From the NCBI GenBank assembly GCA_965226795.1, contig CBDDDZ010000005.1:576001-640000 (forward strand): 64,000 nt of DNA, given 5' to 3'. The position numbers and the translations under genes are program-made. Of this stretch, positions 38,572-49,406 are shown piece by piece. How positions within the stretch are numbered: the first letter of the stretch is position 1; each line of letters begins with the position of its first letter. The notes below the pieces were generated by a model that saw nothing but the letters and a program-made list of their open reading frames with translations, did no database searches and was not told the DNA's origin. Source of the stretch: Candidatus Latescibacterota bacterium. Its GTDB lineage: Bacteria > Latescibacterota > UBA2968 > GCA-2709665.

Positions 38572-39213
38572 TCACTCGCTCAGCCGGAACCGGATGGGCA
38601 TTGTCATTTTCACCGCGACGGAACGATCGTTCTGCACGGCCGGTTCGAATGCAAATTGCGAAACCGCCTCGACTGCCGCCTGTCTGAAGATTTCCGGCCC
38701 TCGCACCACCCGCACGTCTCTGACGCTTCCGTCGGCGCCTACCGTGAACGCCACGAACACCACCCCTTCCAGCCCGGCTCTCTTCGCCATTTCCGGGTAA
38801 ACCGGCAGTGTGCGACCCACCAGCGCGGGTTGTCGCTCCACCCGCCAGTATTCCAGGACTTCCTCCTCAACGGGCGCGGTCTCGTGGCGCACCGGCCGGG
38901 ACAGATCCAGGGGTACACGGTCGAGTTCCAGTTCCGTCGACTCGATCGTCACGTCTTCCTGTACATCGTCGCTGTCTGTTTCGACGGGCACGGCGGGGCG
39001 TTTGGGTTCCGGGCGGCGATCCTGCCGGGTTTCCGGTATATTCTCGACGTGTAGCACCTCGGTCCGGCGGACCCCCGCCGGCGTGTCCATCTCGAACGAG
39101 GGAAACAGCAGCGCGAGGACCAGAAGAAGCAGGAAGGAAATACAGACGCACCGCGTCATCACCTTATGGTATGCCAACTTCAGGTCCGCAGCGGGGAATT
39201 TATGGCTTATCAT
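38572..39213 (-). CDS. Energy transducer TonB
   Basis: N-terminal TM anchor, Pro-rich linker, YPEMAKRAGLEGVV.V.F.V..DG.V, FEPAVQN. Confidence 0.88.
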   Translation of the reverse strand: MISHKFPAADLKLAYHKVMTRCVCISFLLLLVLALLFPSFEMDTPAGVRRTEVLHVENIPETRQDRRPEPKRPAVPVETDSDDVQEDVTIESTELELDRVPLDLSRPVRHETAPVEEEVLEYWRVERQPALVGRTLPVYPEMAKRAGLEGVVFVAFTVGADGSVRDVRVVRGPEIFRQAAVEAVSQFAFEPAVQNDRSVAVKMTMPIRFRLSE

Positions 39214-39385
39214 CGTCAGCCTCCTTTCCGCCGGAAAGTGTTTCCCGGCAATAAAAATATTATTTAATTAATAATTTAGTCCGAGTTAACCCCGTAAATT
39301 AAAACTCCTGCCCCGGATAGCGGGGAATGTACGGGCGGTGGCCGGGTGTCGACGCCCTGGGGTTCGGCCAGTGTCGCCGGGAGGA

Positions 39386-41532
39386 TCAGTGGCGCCCGGC
39401 CGTCGCGAGGCGGTCCTCGTAAAACGGCCCCGTTTCAAACGTCCTGGCGACAACGTCCAACTGACGCAGATAGGTTTCTTTCTTTCGATTCGGGCCGTAA
39501 ACCCCAAAGTCCACGAAGTAGAGCCGATCTGTCGTCTCGTCCACCAGCACGTAGCTTCTGAAGGGTCCGCCCTTCCACGCAAGATTGTTCTGCCACACAC
39601 CTTCAAGATGCACCGCCAGCCGGCTCCCCAACTTCCGCTGACTTACCTTCAGGCCTGTCTGATCCACGACGTCGTTCTCAAAGAACCGGGCGGTGATCTC
39701 GTTCCGCTTCCGGATGCACCACGCCGCCGTCAAACGATCCGGGCTGACACCATCCTCACGGTAGACAAACATCCACTGTGTCACGCGCGCGTGCGTTCGC
39801 GTGAGTACCACGAACCCGCTATCGGCATGGGTATCGATGAAATTGAACCCGAAAGGAATGCGCACACGCCAACCGAACCGGTCCGCCAGTTCCGATGCAA
39901 GCCCCTCTCTTTCGCCAAACCGGAAGAGAGCCTCGGCGACCCGTTCATCGCGCTTCCCGTCGATTGCGCCGTAAATCCGATCCGCCTCCGTCATAATATT
40001 GGCTGTCAGCGCATTGCGATGCTCACCCGTAACCAGAACCACGACCTGGTCGTCGGCCCACATGTCCCGCCGGATGACCACAGGCGCCGCTCCATTCCGG
40101 ATGGCGTTTCTGTGCGCCGACGGCACGAGGGAGCGTACCAGACCGCCTGCTTCACGGTCTCCATCCAGCGGCGCGGCGATCACGATATTCTTCCGTCGCA
40201 GCTTGCTGAAATCTCCGGCGTGAACGAATGAGACGTGGTAAAGGCGCTCCTTCCTTGGCGTCAGGATTACCTTGTGCATAACGTCCTGGAGAGGTTTCCG
40301 TAACGTCCGCGCATCCAGGGAATCCGCAATTACCGTGACCATGTCGACGCGTCCGGAACCGGTAGGCAGCCCATCCAGCCGCAGGAACGAGAGCAGCCGA
40401 TCCTTGATCGCCGCCAGCTTTACGACGGCTTCGGACCGGCCCGGCACCTCGACCGTGGGGCCGACGCGTCCGCACTGTATCAACGCCGCCAGGATCAAAC
40501 CCGAAGCCAGCAGCAGACCTGTGCGGGACAGGCGGCGTTCGCGGCCCCGCCTGGCATTCAGCAGCCGGAAGATTCGGCGAACGATCTGCTTCCGGTCTCC
40601 GGCGGCGGCAATGCCCATTGCCGATCCGACCGGCGACGTTACCATCGCCGTCAGGCGGGTGAGGCAGATCGCATACCCCCTGGCTTTCCCGGTAATGCCC
40701 ACCACCACGTCGTCACACGCGACCTCCCGTTCCAGGTTCATCTGTCGTGCAATCCACCATACGGCCAGATGGAAGAAAAGAACACAACCCGCGAGCGCCT
40801 GAAACAGTCTGGACCAGTCGTCCAGCCGGTGCAGGTGCGCCAGTTCGTGCAGGACCACCTGATCGAATTCCGCCTCCGACAGCCGCTCCGGCATGGACCC
40901 GGAATCAGAATCACGGGTCTGAACAGACCCGTCGCCGCAGGCGTGCCTACTCGCGTGGAACTGCAAAGGCGCACCCAGCGCCGCGTTTCGCTTGAGCGGA
41001 TTAAATGGCGCAATCTGTCTTGATATCGAGCGGGCAGGGGCTTTGCACTCTGTTTGAGGCGCCGGACGTGCCGAACGCCCAGATAAATCTTGGCCGACAG
41101 TGTCAGCGAGACCAGCATCCAGACCGCGAAAACCACCGGCGGCCATCGCCCCGGCAGTTCCGGCGTAAACGCCGGCTCCGCGTGTTCCCTGTCCCTCGGT
41201 TGATCAGCGCCTGGCGGAGATTCAAAGGCGGCAGCCTCGCCCGGCTTCCGTGAATCGTTCGTCTCCGGATCGTTCGTCTCCGCGGCCTTAAACCACATCC
41301 GTGCGGCGCCCGCACGATTGGGCGGTTTCCAGATCTCGGACCAGGACAGCGCGAATACGACCATCAACGTGGCCGTCCAGATCACGTACCTTGTCCGGGC
41401 GTTCAGCCACCGCACGAGGTACAACAGGCACGCGACCGCAAGCGTCACGACCAGGCCCTTCCAGAGTCCGTCGAGCGCGGAGGACACCGTCACCCGGGAA
41501 ACGGCATCGAAAAAATCATAGGCCGCCAACAT
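39386..41532 (-). pseudogene. BlaR1/M56 metallopeptidase fused to a DUF4837-like domain; frameshift near 40899
   Basis: ORF 40738..41532 (TM helices, TPAATGLFRPVILIP) continues in ORF 39386..41146 (LHELAHL.R.D, EREVACDD). One added G (CCG GGG TCC ATG) joins them. The C-terminal domain has GGPFRSY...VYGPNRKK. Confidence 0.78.
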
Positions 41533-41542
41533 ACGCCTTCCC

Positions 41543-41920
41543 CTAACCGCTGTCTTCCACCATTTGTTTCAGGCGCTCGAGAACGTCGGCGTCGACCGCT
41601 TCATTCTCGAGAATGTTCAGCACCAGCATCTCCGGCGAATTGTTGAAAAATCGGCTCATCATGTACCGGACCACGCTGTTTCTGGCTTCCTCGCGGCCGA
41701 CCACCGGCTGGTAGACATAGGCCCTGCCCTCCTTTTCGTGGGACAGGTAGCCTTTCCGTTCGAGGATCCTGAGCGTTGTCAACACCGTACTATAAGCGAG
41801 CGGTTCCTTGCCGGGCAGCGCCGCGACCACGTCGCTTACGGTGGCCGTCTCCTTTTTCCAAAGTACGTCCATCAGCCTGAGTTCGGCTTCCGTTAGCGTG
41901 GGTGACTTCGGCCTTGCCAT
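41543..41920 (-). CDS. BlaI/MecI/CopY family repressor
   Basis: LTEAELRLMDVLW, AYSTVLTTLRILERKGYL, GRAYVY. Confidence 0.93.
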   Translation of the reverse strand: MARPKSPTLTEAELRLMDVLWKKETATVSDVVAALPGKEPLAYSTVLTTLRILERKGYLSHEKEGRAYVYQPVVGREEARNSVVRYMMSRFFNNSPEMLVLNILENEAVDADVLERLKQMVEDSG

Positions 41921-42089
41921 ACAGTCATCTCCTGTAATGATAGCGTTTGAGTACGAATTTCCGTGATGGCGCCGTTCGACTGTCCGGTCAGCGTCTGAAC
42001 GGCCACCAGCCCCATGAGGCGCATCTCGAGGCGGTGCGATTCACGTCGCCGCTGCCCGCGGCAGGGCGTAAACGCTGCGGCGCGATTAA

Positions 42090-42130
42090 TTCCTTAATTT
42101 AAAATATAAGGAAGATTCGTTTCTTGTCAA
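42090..42130 (-). promoter_or_regulatory. Promoter + inverted-repeat operator for the blaI-like operon
   Basis: Minus-strand TTGACA-N16-TATATT overlapped by TTCCTTA-N10-TAAGGAA (42090-42113). Confidence 0.6.
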
Positions 42131-42257
42131 TTAAAAAATTAATAATTGGTTCGTGAACCATCGTTCAGCTTGGATGGGATTGATGACATTCACCCTTGTG
42201 CGGGGCCGGAACCATTCGTAAGCAGGATGAATTTCCCGGAATCCCTGGCAGATTCGC

Positions 42258-42318
42258 TTGACATGCGTTTCTGGAATGGATATATTAAAACGTTCGTTTT
42301 AATCATACGTTTGTTTGA
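42258..42318 (+). promoter_or_regulatory. sigma70 promoter with two tandem TetR-type operators
   Basis: TTGACA-N17-TATATT; perfect TTAAAACG-TT-CGTTTTAA (42285-42302) and imperfect TCATACG-TT-TGTTTGA (42303-42318). Confidence 0.7.
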
Positions 42319-42343
42319 ATTCTGTCATTAGCGTTCTGAATCG

Positions 42344-42988
42344 ATGAACCAGACCGACACCCAAAACCGCTTGCTCGACGCCGCCGAGCAACGCTTTGCC
42401 GAAAACGGAATCGGCGCCACGTCCCTGCGGGCCATTACTTCCGAGGCGTCCGCAAACCTGGCCTCCGTCCACTACCACTTCGGCTCCAAAGAAGCGCTGA
42501 TCGAAGCCGTCTTCGCCCGAAGGCTGGAACCGCTCAACCGGGAACGCTGCCGCCTTCTCGACGCGGAAGTGGCGGCCTCGGGTGGCGCGCCCACCGTCGA
42601 AGCCACCGTAAACGCCTTCGTTTCGCCCGTGATGCGGCTGGCATACGACCCCGCGGGCGGCGGCGAGAACTTCATGCTGCTCATCGGAAGGCTCTACTCC
42701 GAACCGGGAGACCTGGCATATAGGATCACGGAACAGTTCGCCGAAGTCTTCCAGCGATTTACGTCGACTCTTTCTCGCAGCCTTCCCCACCTGTCCCAGA
42801 CCGACCTGCTCTGGAGATTCTTCTTCATGGTCGGCGGCATCAGCATGCCGCTGATGGGGAGGCACATCATCCCGCGAAGGACGAGCGGCCTGTGCGATCC
42901 GTCCGACACCGAAAACAACATCAAACGACTCGTCGCGTTCCTCGCGGCCGGCCTACGGGCCGATGCCCCCAATGGAGACACATCTTGA
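42344..42988 (+). CDS. TetR/AcrR family regulator (PsrA-like)
   Basis: LLDAAEQRFAENG...SLRAIT...NLASVHYHFGSKEAL. Confidence 0.92.
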   Translation: MNQTDTQNRLLDAAEQRFAENGIGATSLRAITSEASANLASVHYHFGSKEALIEAVFARRLEPLNRERCRLLDAEVAASGGAPTVEATVNAFVSPVMRLAYDPAGGGENFMLLIGRLYSEPGDLAYRITEQFAEVFQRFTSTLSRSLPHLSQTDLLWRFFFMVGGISMPLMGRHIIPRRTSGLCDPSDTENNIKRLVAFLAAGLRADAPNGDTS

Positions 42989-44427
42989 GACGTGTACTTC
43001 CCATTCTCGCCCTGCTGCTGGCGGCCTGCGCCGCTGCGCCAAAGGTGAACCCACCCGACCTCAACGTGACGGTACCGGAGCGCTGGTCTGCCGGGCAGCC
43101 CGGCGCCGCAAAGACGGACACCCTCTGGTGGCGCGCGTTCAATGACGAAACCCTAACCGGCCTGGTCGCCGAGGCGCTCGCGCACAACCTCAACCTTCAG
43201 GCCGCCGCCGCCCGGGTAAACGCCGCCGCAGCGCGCGCCAGAATCGCGGGCGCCCCTCTATATCCCGATGCGGCAGGCCGCGCCGGCGGGTCACGCCGCA
43301 AACAGAATTTCATCGGCCTGCCCATCCCCGGATCCGGAAACGGCGTTCTGACCTCTACGTCCAACAGCGTCGGCTTATCGCTCGATATCTCCTGGGAACT
43401 CGATCTCTGGGGTCGTCTGGGAGCCGGGGCGTCCGCGGCACTGGCCGATATGCAAGCCGCGCGCGCCGATTACGCGGGCGCCCGACTTTCGCTGGCGGGA
43501 CAGACCGCCAAGACCTGGTTTGCGGCTGTGGAGGCCCACAGGCAGGTTGAACTGTCGGAGGCCACCGTCGAAAACTTCCGGACCTCCAGCGAGGTCGTGC
43601 GCGAACGCTACAGGCGCGGTCTGAGGCACGCCCTGGACCTCCGCCGCGCACTGTCGAACCTGGCCGGCGCCGAGGCCGTCCTTCAACAAAACCGACTCGT
43701 CTACGGCGCGACCCGCCGCCAGCTCGAGGTTCTCCTGGGCCGATATCCCGCCGCCGCTCTCAGCCCCGGCATCGCTCTGCCCGGCCTGCCCGATGCCGTT
43801 CCCGCCGGCCTCCCCGCCGACCTCGTCTCCCGCCGTCCGGACCTCGTGGCGGCCGAACGCGGGCTGGCGGCTTCCTACGCCCGTTACACGCAGGCAAAAA
43901 GGGCGCTCTTTCCCCGCATCAGCCTTACGGGGTCCGCCGGTACCTCGAGCAAGGAACTGGAAAATCTGCTCGACGGCGACTTCAGCGTGTGGAACCTGGC
44001 GGGCAACATCCTGCAACCCCTCTTCCAGGGCGGACGAATCCGCGGCGGCATCCAGCAGGCGGCCTCACAATCCGAACAGGCGCTGGCGCTATACGTTCAT
44101 AGCGTCCTGGCCGCCTATGCGGAAGTGGAAAACGCGCTTGCAGCCGAGGGTCTTCTGGCCAAACGACAGGCCGCGCTCGAAACCGCCACGGAACAGGCGC
44201 TTGCCGCGCGCCGCCTTGCCGAAGACCGGTACGCGGGCGGGCTTGTGGACCTCAATACGATGCTTGACGCTCAGCGCGGCGCCTACGCTTCCGAAAGCCA
44301 GTTGATTGCCGTGCGCCGCCAGCGTCTGGGAAACCGGGTCAACCTGCACCTCGCTCTCGGTGGGGGCTTTACGGGTTCCGACAGAGTGGTTTCAAGTATT
44401 CCCACCGCGCAACCGGAAGGACATTAA
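42985..44427 (+). CDS. Efflux outer-membrane factor lipoprotein (NodT/TolC family)
   Basis: Lipobox LLAAC (TTG start), WELDLWG, RRPDLVAAE, ALGGG. Confidence 0.9.
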   Translation: MRRVLPILALLLAACAAAPKVNPPDLNVTVPERWSAGQPGAAKTDTLWWRAFNDETLTGLVAEALAHNLNLQAAAARVNAAAARARIAGAPLYPDAAGRAGGSRRKQNFIGLPIPGSGNGVLTSTSNSVGLSLDISWELDLWGRLGAGASAALADMQAARADYAGARLSLAGQTAKTWFAAVEAHRQVELSEATVENFRTSSEVVRERYRRGLRHALDLRRALSNLAGAEAVLQQNRLVYGATRRQLEVLLGRYPAAALSPGIALPGLPDAVPAGLPADLVSRRPDLVAAERGLAASYARYTQAKRALFPRISLTGSAGTSSKELENLLDGDFSVWNLAGNILQPLFQGGRIRGGIQQAASQSEQALALYVHSVLAAYAEVENALAAEGLLAKRQAALETATEQALAARRLAEDRYAGGLVDLNTMLDAQRGAYASESQLIAVRRQRLGNRVNLHLALGGGFTGSDRVVSSIPTAQPEGH

Positions 44428-44430
44428 TCC

Positions 44431-45708
44431 ATGGGTCGGTATCAAAGGAGGAATCCGGACAGACCGCGAATTTTCGCACGTTTTTGGGGCGCCGTGTTCG
44501 GCTGGATTCGGCGGCATCCAAAGGCGCTGCTCCCCGTGGCCGTGATTCTAATCGGAATTCTGAGCGCGTACGTCCTCATCAGCGCGCGGTCCAAAGTCGT
44601 GGTGGCGCCCCCGGAAGTACCGCCTCCGCTGGTGCGAGCGATAACGGTCGAATCCCGGGACTTTCAATTGAAGGTTCATGCTCAGGGCATCGTCGCGCCG
44701 CGCACAGAAACCAGTCTGGTGTCCCAGGTTGCCGGACAGATCATCTCCGTCTCCCCCGCCTTCGCCAACGGTGGCTTCTTTAAAGCCGGTGATGTACTGC
44801 TCACCATCGATCCTCGGGACTACGAACTCGCGGTCGATCGTGCGCGGGCCGTGGTCGCGCAGGCCGAAGTGAGACTGGCGAGGGAAGAGGAAGAATCCGA
44901 ATTGGCCATGCAGGAATGGAAGCGCCTGGGCGACGGCGAGGCCACGGACCTGGCCCTTCGCAAACCCCAGCTGGCCGACGCACGCGCCGCCCGCCAGGCC
45001 GCGCGGGCGTCCCGGGAACTGGCCCGCCTCGCGCTCGAGCGAACCCGCATCCGCGCTCCCTACGAAGGGCGCGTGCTCTCCAAATCAGTGGGCCTGGGCC
45101 AGCACATCAATCCCGGTGCTCCCGTCGCCCGCATCTACGCCGTCGACTACGCCGAGATCCGACTGGCCGTGCCGCACGAACAACTTGCCTACCTCGATCT
45201 GGCCTACAGCTTTCGCAACGAACTCGAACCCGCGTCGCGACCGAAAGCCCTGATTCGAGCGGTGTTCGCCGGACGCCGGCACACGTGGGCGGGTCAAGTC
45301 GTACGTATAGAAGGTGAAATCGACGCCCGCACCCGCATGGTCCACCTGGTAGCCCGCGTCGATGCTCCATACGACAGGGGGGATGATCCGGATCGTCCTC
45401 CGCTCTTCGCCGGCCTGTTTGTCGAGGCCGAAATCGTGGGGCGCGTCGCCCGGAACATCCTGGTTGTGCCGCGTGCAGCCGTCAGGGGTTCGGATGAGGT
45501 TCTCGTTATAGATGACGACAACCGTCTGCGTTTCCGTCGCGTCGATCTGTTAAGGCTGGAAGCGGAAAACGCGCTGATCCGATCCGGTCTGGCCACCGGC
45601 GAACGGGTCTGCATCTCGCCGCTCGCCGCGGTCGTCGACGGCATGCGGGTCCGCGTCCTTACGGAGAACGATAAACCTGCATCGAGGCGGCAAGGAGGTA
45701 TCGGATGA
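44431..45708 (+). CDS. RND efflux periplasmic adaptor (MFP)
   Basis: TM anchor, lipoyl half-motifs VAGQI / IRAPYEGRV, coiled-coil hairpin. Confidence 0.9.
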   Translation: MGRYQRRNPDRPRIFARFWGAVFGWIRRHPKALLPVAVILIGILSAYVLISARSKVVVAPPEVPPPLVRAITVESRDFQLKVHAQGIVAPRTETSLVSQVAGQIISVSPAFANGGFFKAGDVLLTIDPRDYELAVDRARAVVAQAEVRLAREEEESELAMQEWKRLGDGEATDLALRKPQLADARAARQAARASRELARLALERTRIRAPYEGRVLSKSVGLGQHINPGAPVARIYAVDYAEIRLAVPHEQLAYLDLAYSFRNELEPASRPKALIRAVFAGRRHTWAGQVVRIEGEIDARTRMVHLVARVDAPYDRGDDPDRPPLFAGLFVEAEIVGRVARNILVVPRAAVRGSDEVLVIDDDNRLRFRRVDLLRLEAENALIRSGLATGERVCISPLAAVVDGMRVRVLTENDKPASRRQGGIG

Positions 45709-48700
45709 ACCGCGCCATTGCCTGGTTCGCCGAAAACAGCGTCGCCGCGAATCTGCTCATGGTTGTTATCCTGGCCAGCGGCATACTCACGATTTCCAGC
45801 CTTGAAGTCGAGCATTTTCCGGAATTCTCGTCCGACCTCATCTCGGTTTCAGTCGTTTATCGCGGTGCGGCGCCGGAGGAAGTGGAAGAAGGCGTCTGTG
45901 TGCGGATCGAGGAGGCGGTGCAGAGTCTGGAAGGCATCAAACGCATTCGGTCCACCGCTTCCGAAAACCGGGGCAGCGTCAACATCGAACTCAAGCCCGG
46001 CGCGGATGCCCGCAAGTTGCTGGAAGATGTCAAGTCCGCCGTTGACGGGATCGACACGTTTCCCGACGAAACCGAACAACCCGTCATCCAGGAAGTCGTG
46101 TTGCGTCGCCAGGTAATCAACGTGGCCGTTTCCGGCAACGCCGACGAAGCCACGCTCAAATACCTGGGTGAGCAGGTGCGCGACGAGATCACGGCCATAC
46201 CCGGAATTACCCAGGCGGTACTCAGCGGCGCGCGTCCGTACGAGGTTTCCATCGAAGTCCCCGAATCCGCGCTGCGGCGCTTCAACCTGACCTTCGACGA
46301 AGTCGTCAGGGCGGTACGCCGATCCTCCCTGGATCTGCCCGGCGGCGCCATCAAAACGGAAGGCGGGGAAATCCTGCTGCGGACAAAAGGGCAGGCCTAC
46401 CGGGGTCCGGCCTTTGAAAACATCGTCCTGCGCACCCGGCCTGACGGGGCCGCGCTCACCGTGGGCGACGTTGCCAGGGTTGTGGACGGATTTGCGGACG
46501 CGGATCTAACCGGACGTTTCGACCTGGAACCCGGTGTGATTGTACAGGTCTTTCGGGTGGGCGACCAGGATGCGCTTGAAATCTCCCGAAATGTCAAGGA
46601 ATACGTCAAATCGGCGGCATCCCGGCTGCCCGAGGGCATTTCTCTGACCGTCTACTCCGATTTCTCCAGGATCCTGGAAGGGCGGCTCAACCTGATGCTG
46701 AAAAACGGGCGGGGCGGCTTTATTCTGGTCCTCATTATCCTGGCTATGTTTTTGCGTCTTCGTCTGGCCTTCTGGATCGCCCTGGGGATTCCCGTCTCCT
46801 TCCTCGGCGCCATCTGGGTGATGCCGTCGATCGGCGCGTCCATTAATGTGATCTCGCTGTTTGCATTCATCGTGGTGCTGGGCATCGTTGTCGACGACGC
46901 AATCGTCGTCGGAGAGAATATTTACCGCCGGTTTCAGCAGGGGGAGCGCGGCCTGCGCGGCGCCATCGCCGGCGTCCAGGAAGTGGCCGTGCCGGTCACC
47001 TTTGCCGTGTTGACCTCCATTGCCGCGTTTTCGCCCCTGTTGATGGTTCCGGGCAACACCGGCAAGATCATGAGATTGATCCCCGAGATCGTCATTCTTA
47101 CGTTGGTTTTTTCACTGGTGGAATCCCTGTTCATTCTTCCCGCCCACCTGGCACACGTCAAGCTGCGCGGCAGAAAAAAAACAACCAGCCGTATCGGCCG
47201 GTTGTTGAGGGCGTTTCGAGACGGTTTTTCAACTCGCGTGGAATGGTTCATTCATGGGGTTTACCGCCCGCTGCTCGAACGCTGCCTGGAGTGGCGTTAC
47301 CTCAGCGCGTCAGTGGGCGTGGCCGCGCTGACACTGACGGCCGGACTCATTCTCGGCGGCTGGATTCAATTCCTGTTCTTCCCCCAGGTCCCGGCAGACA
47401 ACGTGGCGGCAAACCTGACGATGCCGCAGGGAACACCCGCCGAGACGACCGCGCGGGCCGTCAGCCGCCTTGAATCGTCCGCCATTCGGCTTCAGAGCGA
47501 AATGGAATCTGAAAGCGATCAGAAAATCTTCATGCATATGTTGGCTGTTGTGGGGGATCAACCCCTCAGGACGGCGCAGCGCCGATTTCAGGGTGGGAAT
47601 GCCGCTTTCTCCGGTGCGCACCTGGGCGAGGTCAACATTGAACTCACGCCCGCCGAGGAGCGAACCGTCAGCAGCATCGAAATCGCGAGGCGTTGGCGCG
47701 AACTTACCGGACCCATTTCCGATGCAACGGAACTGACGTTCACCTCGTCCCTCTTTTCCGCGGGCGATCCCATCAACATCCAGCTTACCGGCCCCGACTA
47801 CGCCGAACTCCGGGCCGCGGCGGAAAAGTTAAAGAGCAAACTCGCGGAGTACCCGGGTGTGCTGGACATTGCCGACTCGTTTCGCCCGGGCAAGAAGGAG
47901 GTTAAGCTCGCGCTGACCAAAGAGGCCCGCCTGCTTGGCCTCACCATGTCCGACCTGGCTCGGCAGGTGCGCCAGGCGTTCTACGGCGAAGAAGCGCAGC
48001 GTATCCAGAGAGGAAGGGACGACGTTCGGGTGATGGTACGCTATCCCGAGAGCGAGCGGCGGTCGTTGAACAACCTGGAGACCATGCGCATTCGAACGCC
48101 GGAAGGCGTGGAAGTGCCCTTCTCCGTTGCCGCCCGGACCGAAATCGGCAGGGGCTACGCCGCCATCAATCGCACCGACCGCCAGCGAATTGTAAACGTA
48201 ACGGCCGATGTCGACCGGAACAGAGCCAATGCCAATGATATTCTGGCCGACGTCACGTCGCAGGTGCTCCCGGCCATTGTGGCGGACCACCCCCGCGTAC
48301 GCTACAGCCTCGAAGGCGAGCAGCGGGAGCAGCAGGAAACCGTCTCCGGCCTATCGCAAAGCTTCGGCGTCGCCCTCATTGTCATCTTCGGCCTGCTCGC
48401 GATCCCCTTCCGATCCTATCTCCAGCCGTTCATTATCATGGCCGTTATCCCCTTCGGGTTTGTGGGCGCCATTTGGGGCCATATCATAATGGGCCTGGAC
48501 CTCACCATTCTATCACTATTCGGTCTGGTCGCACTGTCCGGCGTGGTCATCAACGACAGCCTCGTCCTCGTGGACTTCATCAACCGCCGGCGCGCGGCGG
48601 GAAACAGCCTGGAAGAAGCCATCCGCGAAGCCGGCGTGGCCCGCTTCCGGCCCATCATCCTCACGTCTCTCACGACCTTCGGCGGCCTTTCACCGCTGCT

Positions 48701-48905
48701 CTTTGAGACCAGCCTGCAGGCCCAGTTCCTCATCCCTATGGCGACTTCTCTGGGCTTCGGCGTCATTTTTGGTACCGCCGTTATCCTGATTCTGGTTCCC
48801 GTCACTTACGCCATCCTGGAAGACGTGAGGCACGCCGTCGCCCGGTTGTTCGGCCGCCTGCCGGCCGCGGAGACCGACCTCTCACCCCGTACCGCAGATG
48901 ACTGA
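45705..48905 (+). CDS. RND efflux permease (AcrB family)
   Basis: 1066 aa; GIVVDDAIVVGEN, GVVINDSLVL, RFRPIILTSLTT. Confidence 0.95.
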   Translation: MNRAIAWFAENSVAANLLMVVILASGILTISSLEVEHFPEFSSDLISVSVVYRGAAPEEVEEGVCVRIEEAVQSLEGIKRIRSTASENRGSVNIELKPGADARKLLEDVKSAVDGIDTFPDETEQPVIQEVVLRRQVINVAVSGNADEATLKYLGEQVRDEITAIPGITQAVLSGARPYEVSIEVPESALRRFNLTFDEVVRAVRRSSLDLPGGAIKTEGGEILLRTKGQAYRGPAFENIVLRTRPDGAALTVGDVARVVDGFADADLTGRFDLEPGVIVQVFRVGDQDALEISRNVKEYVKSAASRLPEGISLTVYSDFSRILEGRLNLMLKNGRGGFILVLIILAMFLRLRLAFWIALGIPVSFLGAIWVMPSIGASINVISLFAFIVVLGIVVDDAIVVGENIYRRFQQGERGLRGAIAGVQEVAVPVTFAVLTSIAAFSPLLMVPGNTGKIMRLIPEIVILTLVFSLVESLFILPAHLAHVKLRGRKKTTSRIGRLLRAFRDGFSTRVEWFIHGVYRPLLERCLEWRYLSASVGVAALTLTAGLILGGWIQFLFFPQVPADNVAANLTMPQGTPAETTARAVSRLESSAIRLQSEMESESDQKIFMHMLAVVGDQPLRTAQRRFQGGNAAFSGAHLGEVNIELTPAEERTVSSIEIARRWRELTGPISDATELTFTSSLFSAGDPINIQLTGPDYAELRAAAEKLKSKLAEYPGVLDIADSFRPGKKEVKLALTKEARLLGLTMSDLARQVRQAFYGEEAQRIQRGRDDVRVMVRYPESERRSLNNLETMRIRTPEGVEVPFSVAARTEIGRGYAAINRTDRQRIVNVTADVDRNRANANDILADVTSQVLPAIVADHPRVRYSLEGEQREQQETVSGLSQSFGVALIVIFGLLAIPFRSYLQPFIIMAVIPFGFVGAIWGHIIMGLDLTILSLFGLVALSGVVINDSLVLVDFINRRRAAGNSLEEAIREAGVARFRPIILTSLTTFGGLSPLLFETSLQAQFLIPMATSLGFGVIFGTAVILILVPVTYAILEDVRHAVARLFGRLPAAETDLSPRTADD

Positions 48906-48929
48906 AACGGCATTCCCTCCGCAGGCTAA

Positions 48930-49365
48930 ACCGGACGGACACTATCGCGTGGCGCCGTATCACCGTCCCATCGAACGGGCTAAAAAAATATCCGCGAAAT
49001 ATTGCCTTTGGGGCTGGTCTGAGGTAGACAACGAAGGCGTCCGATTCGAGAACCTTATCGCATCCCATCTTCTCAAGTTCTGCCACTTTCTTCGAGACGC
49101 CAATGGGGTAAACGCGGACCTGCGGCTATTGCGAGATCGTGAGAAACGGGAAGTGGACTTCGTCGTTCCGTGGAATGAGAGGCCTTGGTTCCTGGTTGAA
49201 TGCAAACCAACAGTACCCCGCAGGCACGGACACCTCGTTCGCTATGGTGAACTCCTGGACGTCAGGCAGAGATATGTCGTGACGCTTTCCGAAAGAGACG
49301 ACTACTACGACCGCGATACGGGCGTCCGTGTTCTGCCCGCATCCAGGTTCCTTACGGCGCTCCCG
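48930..49365 (+). pseudogene. C-terminal fragment of an AAA+/DUF4143-like ATPase
   Basis: FENLIASHL, RDREKREVDFVV, LVECK (PD-(D/E)XK-like); no N-terminal P-loop domain. Confidence 0.65.
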
Positions 49366-49406
49366 CAGGCAGCCGCCAATCAGCCGCAGCTTTTTCGTGA
49401 ACCCGT

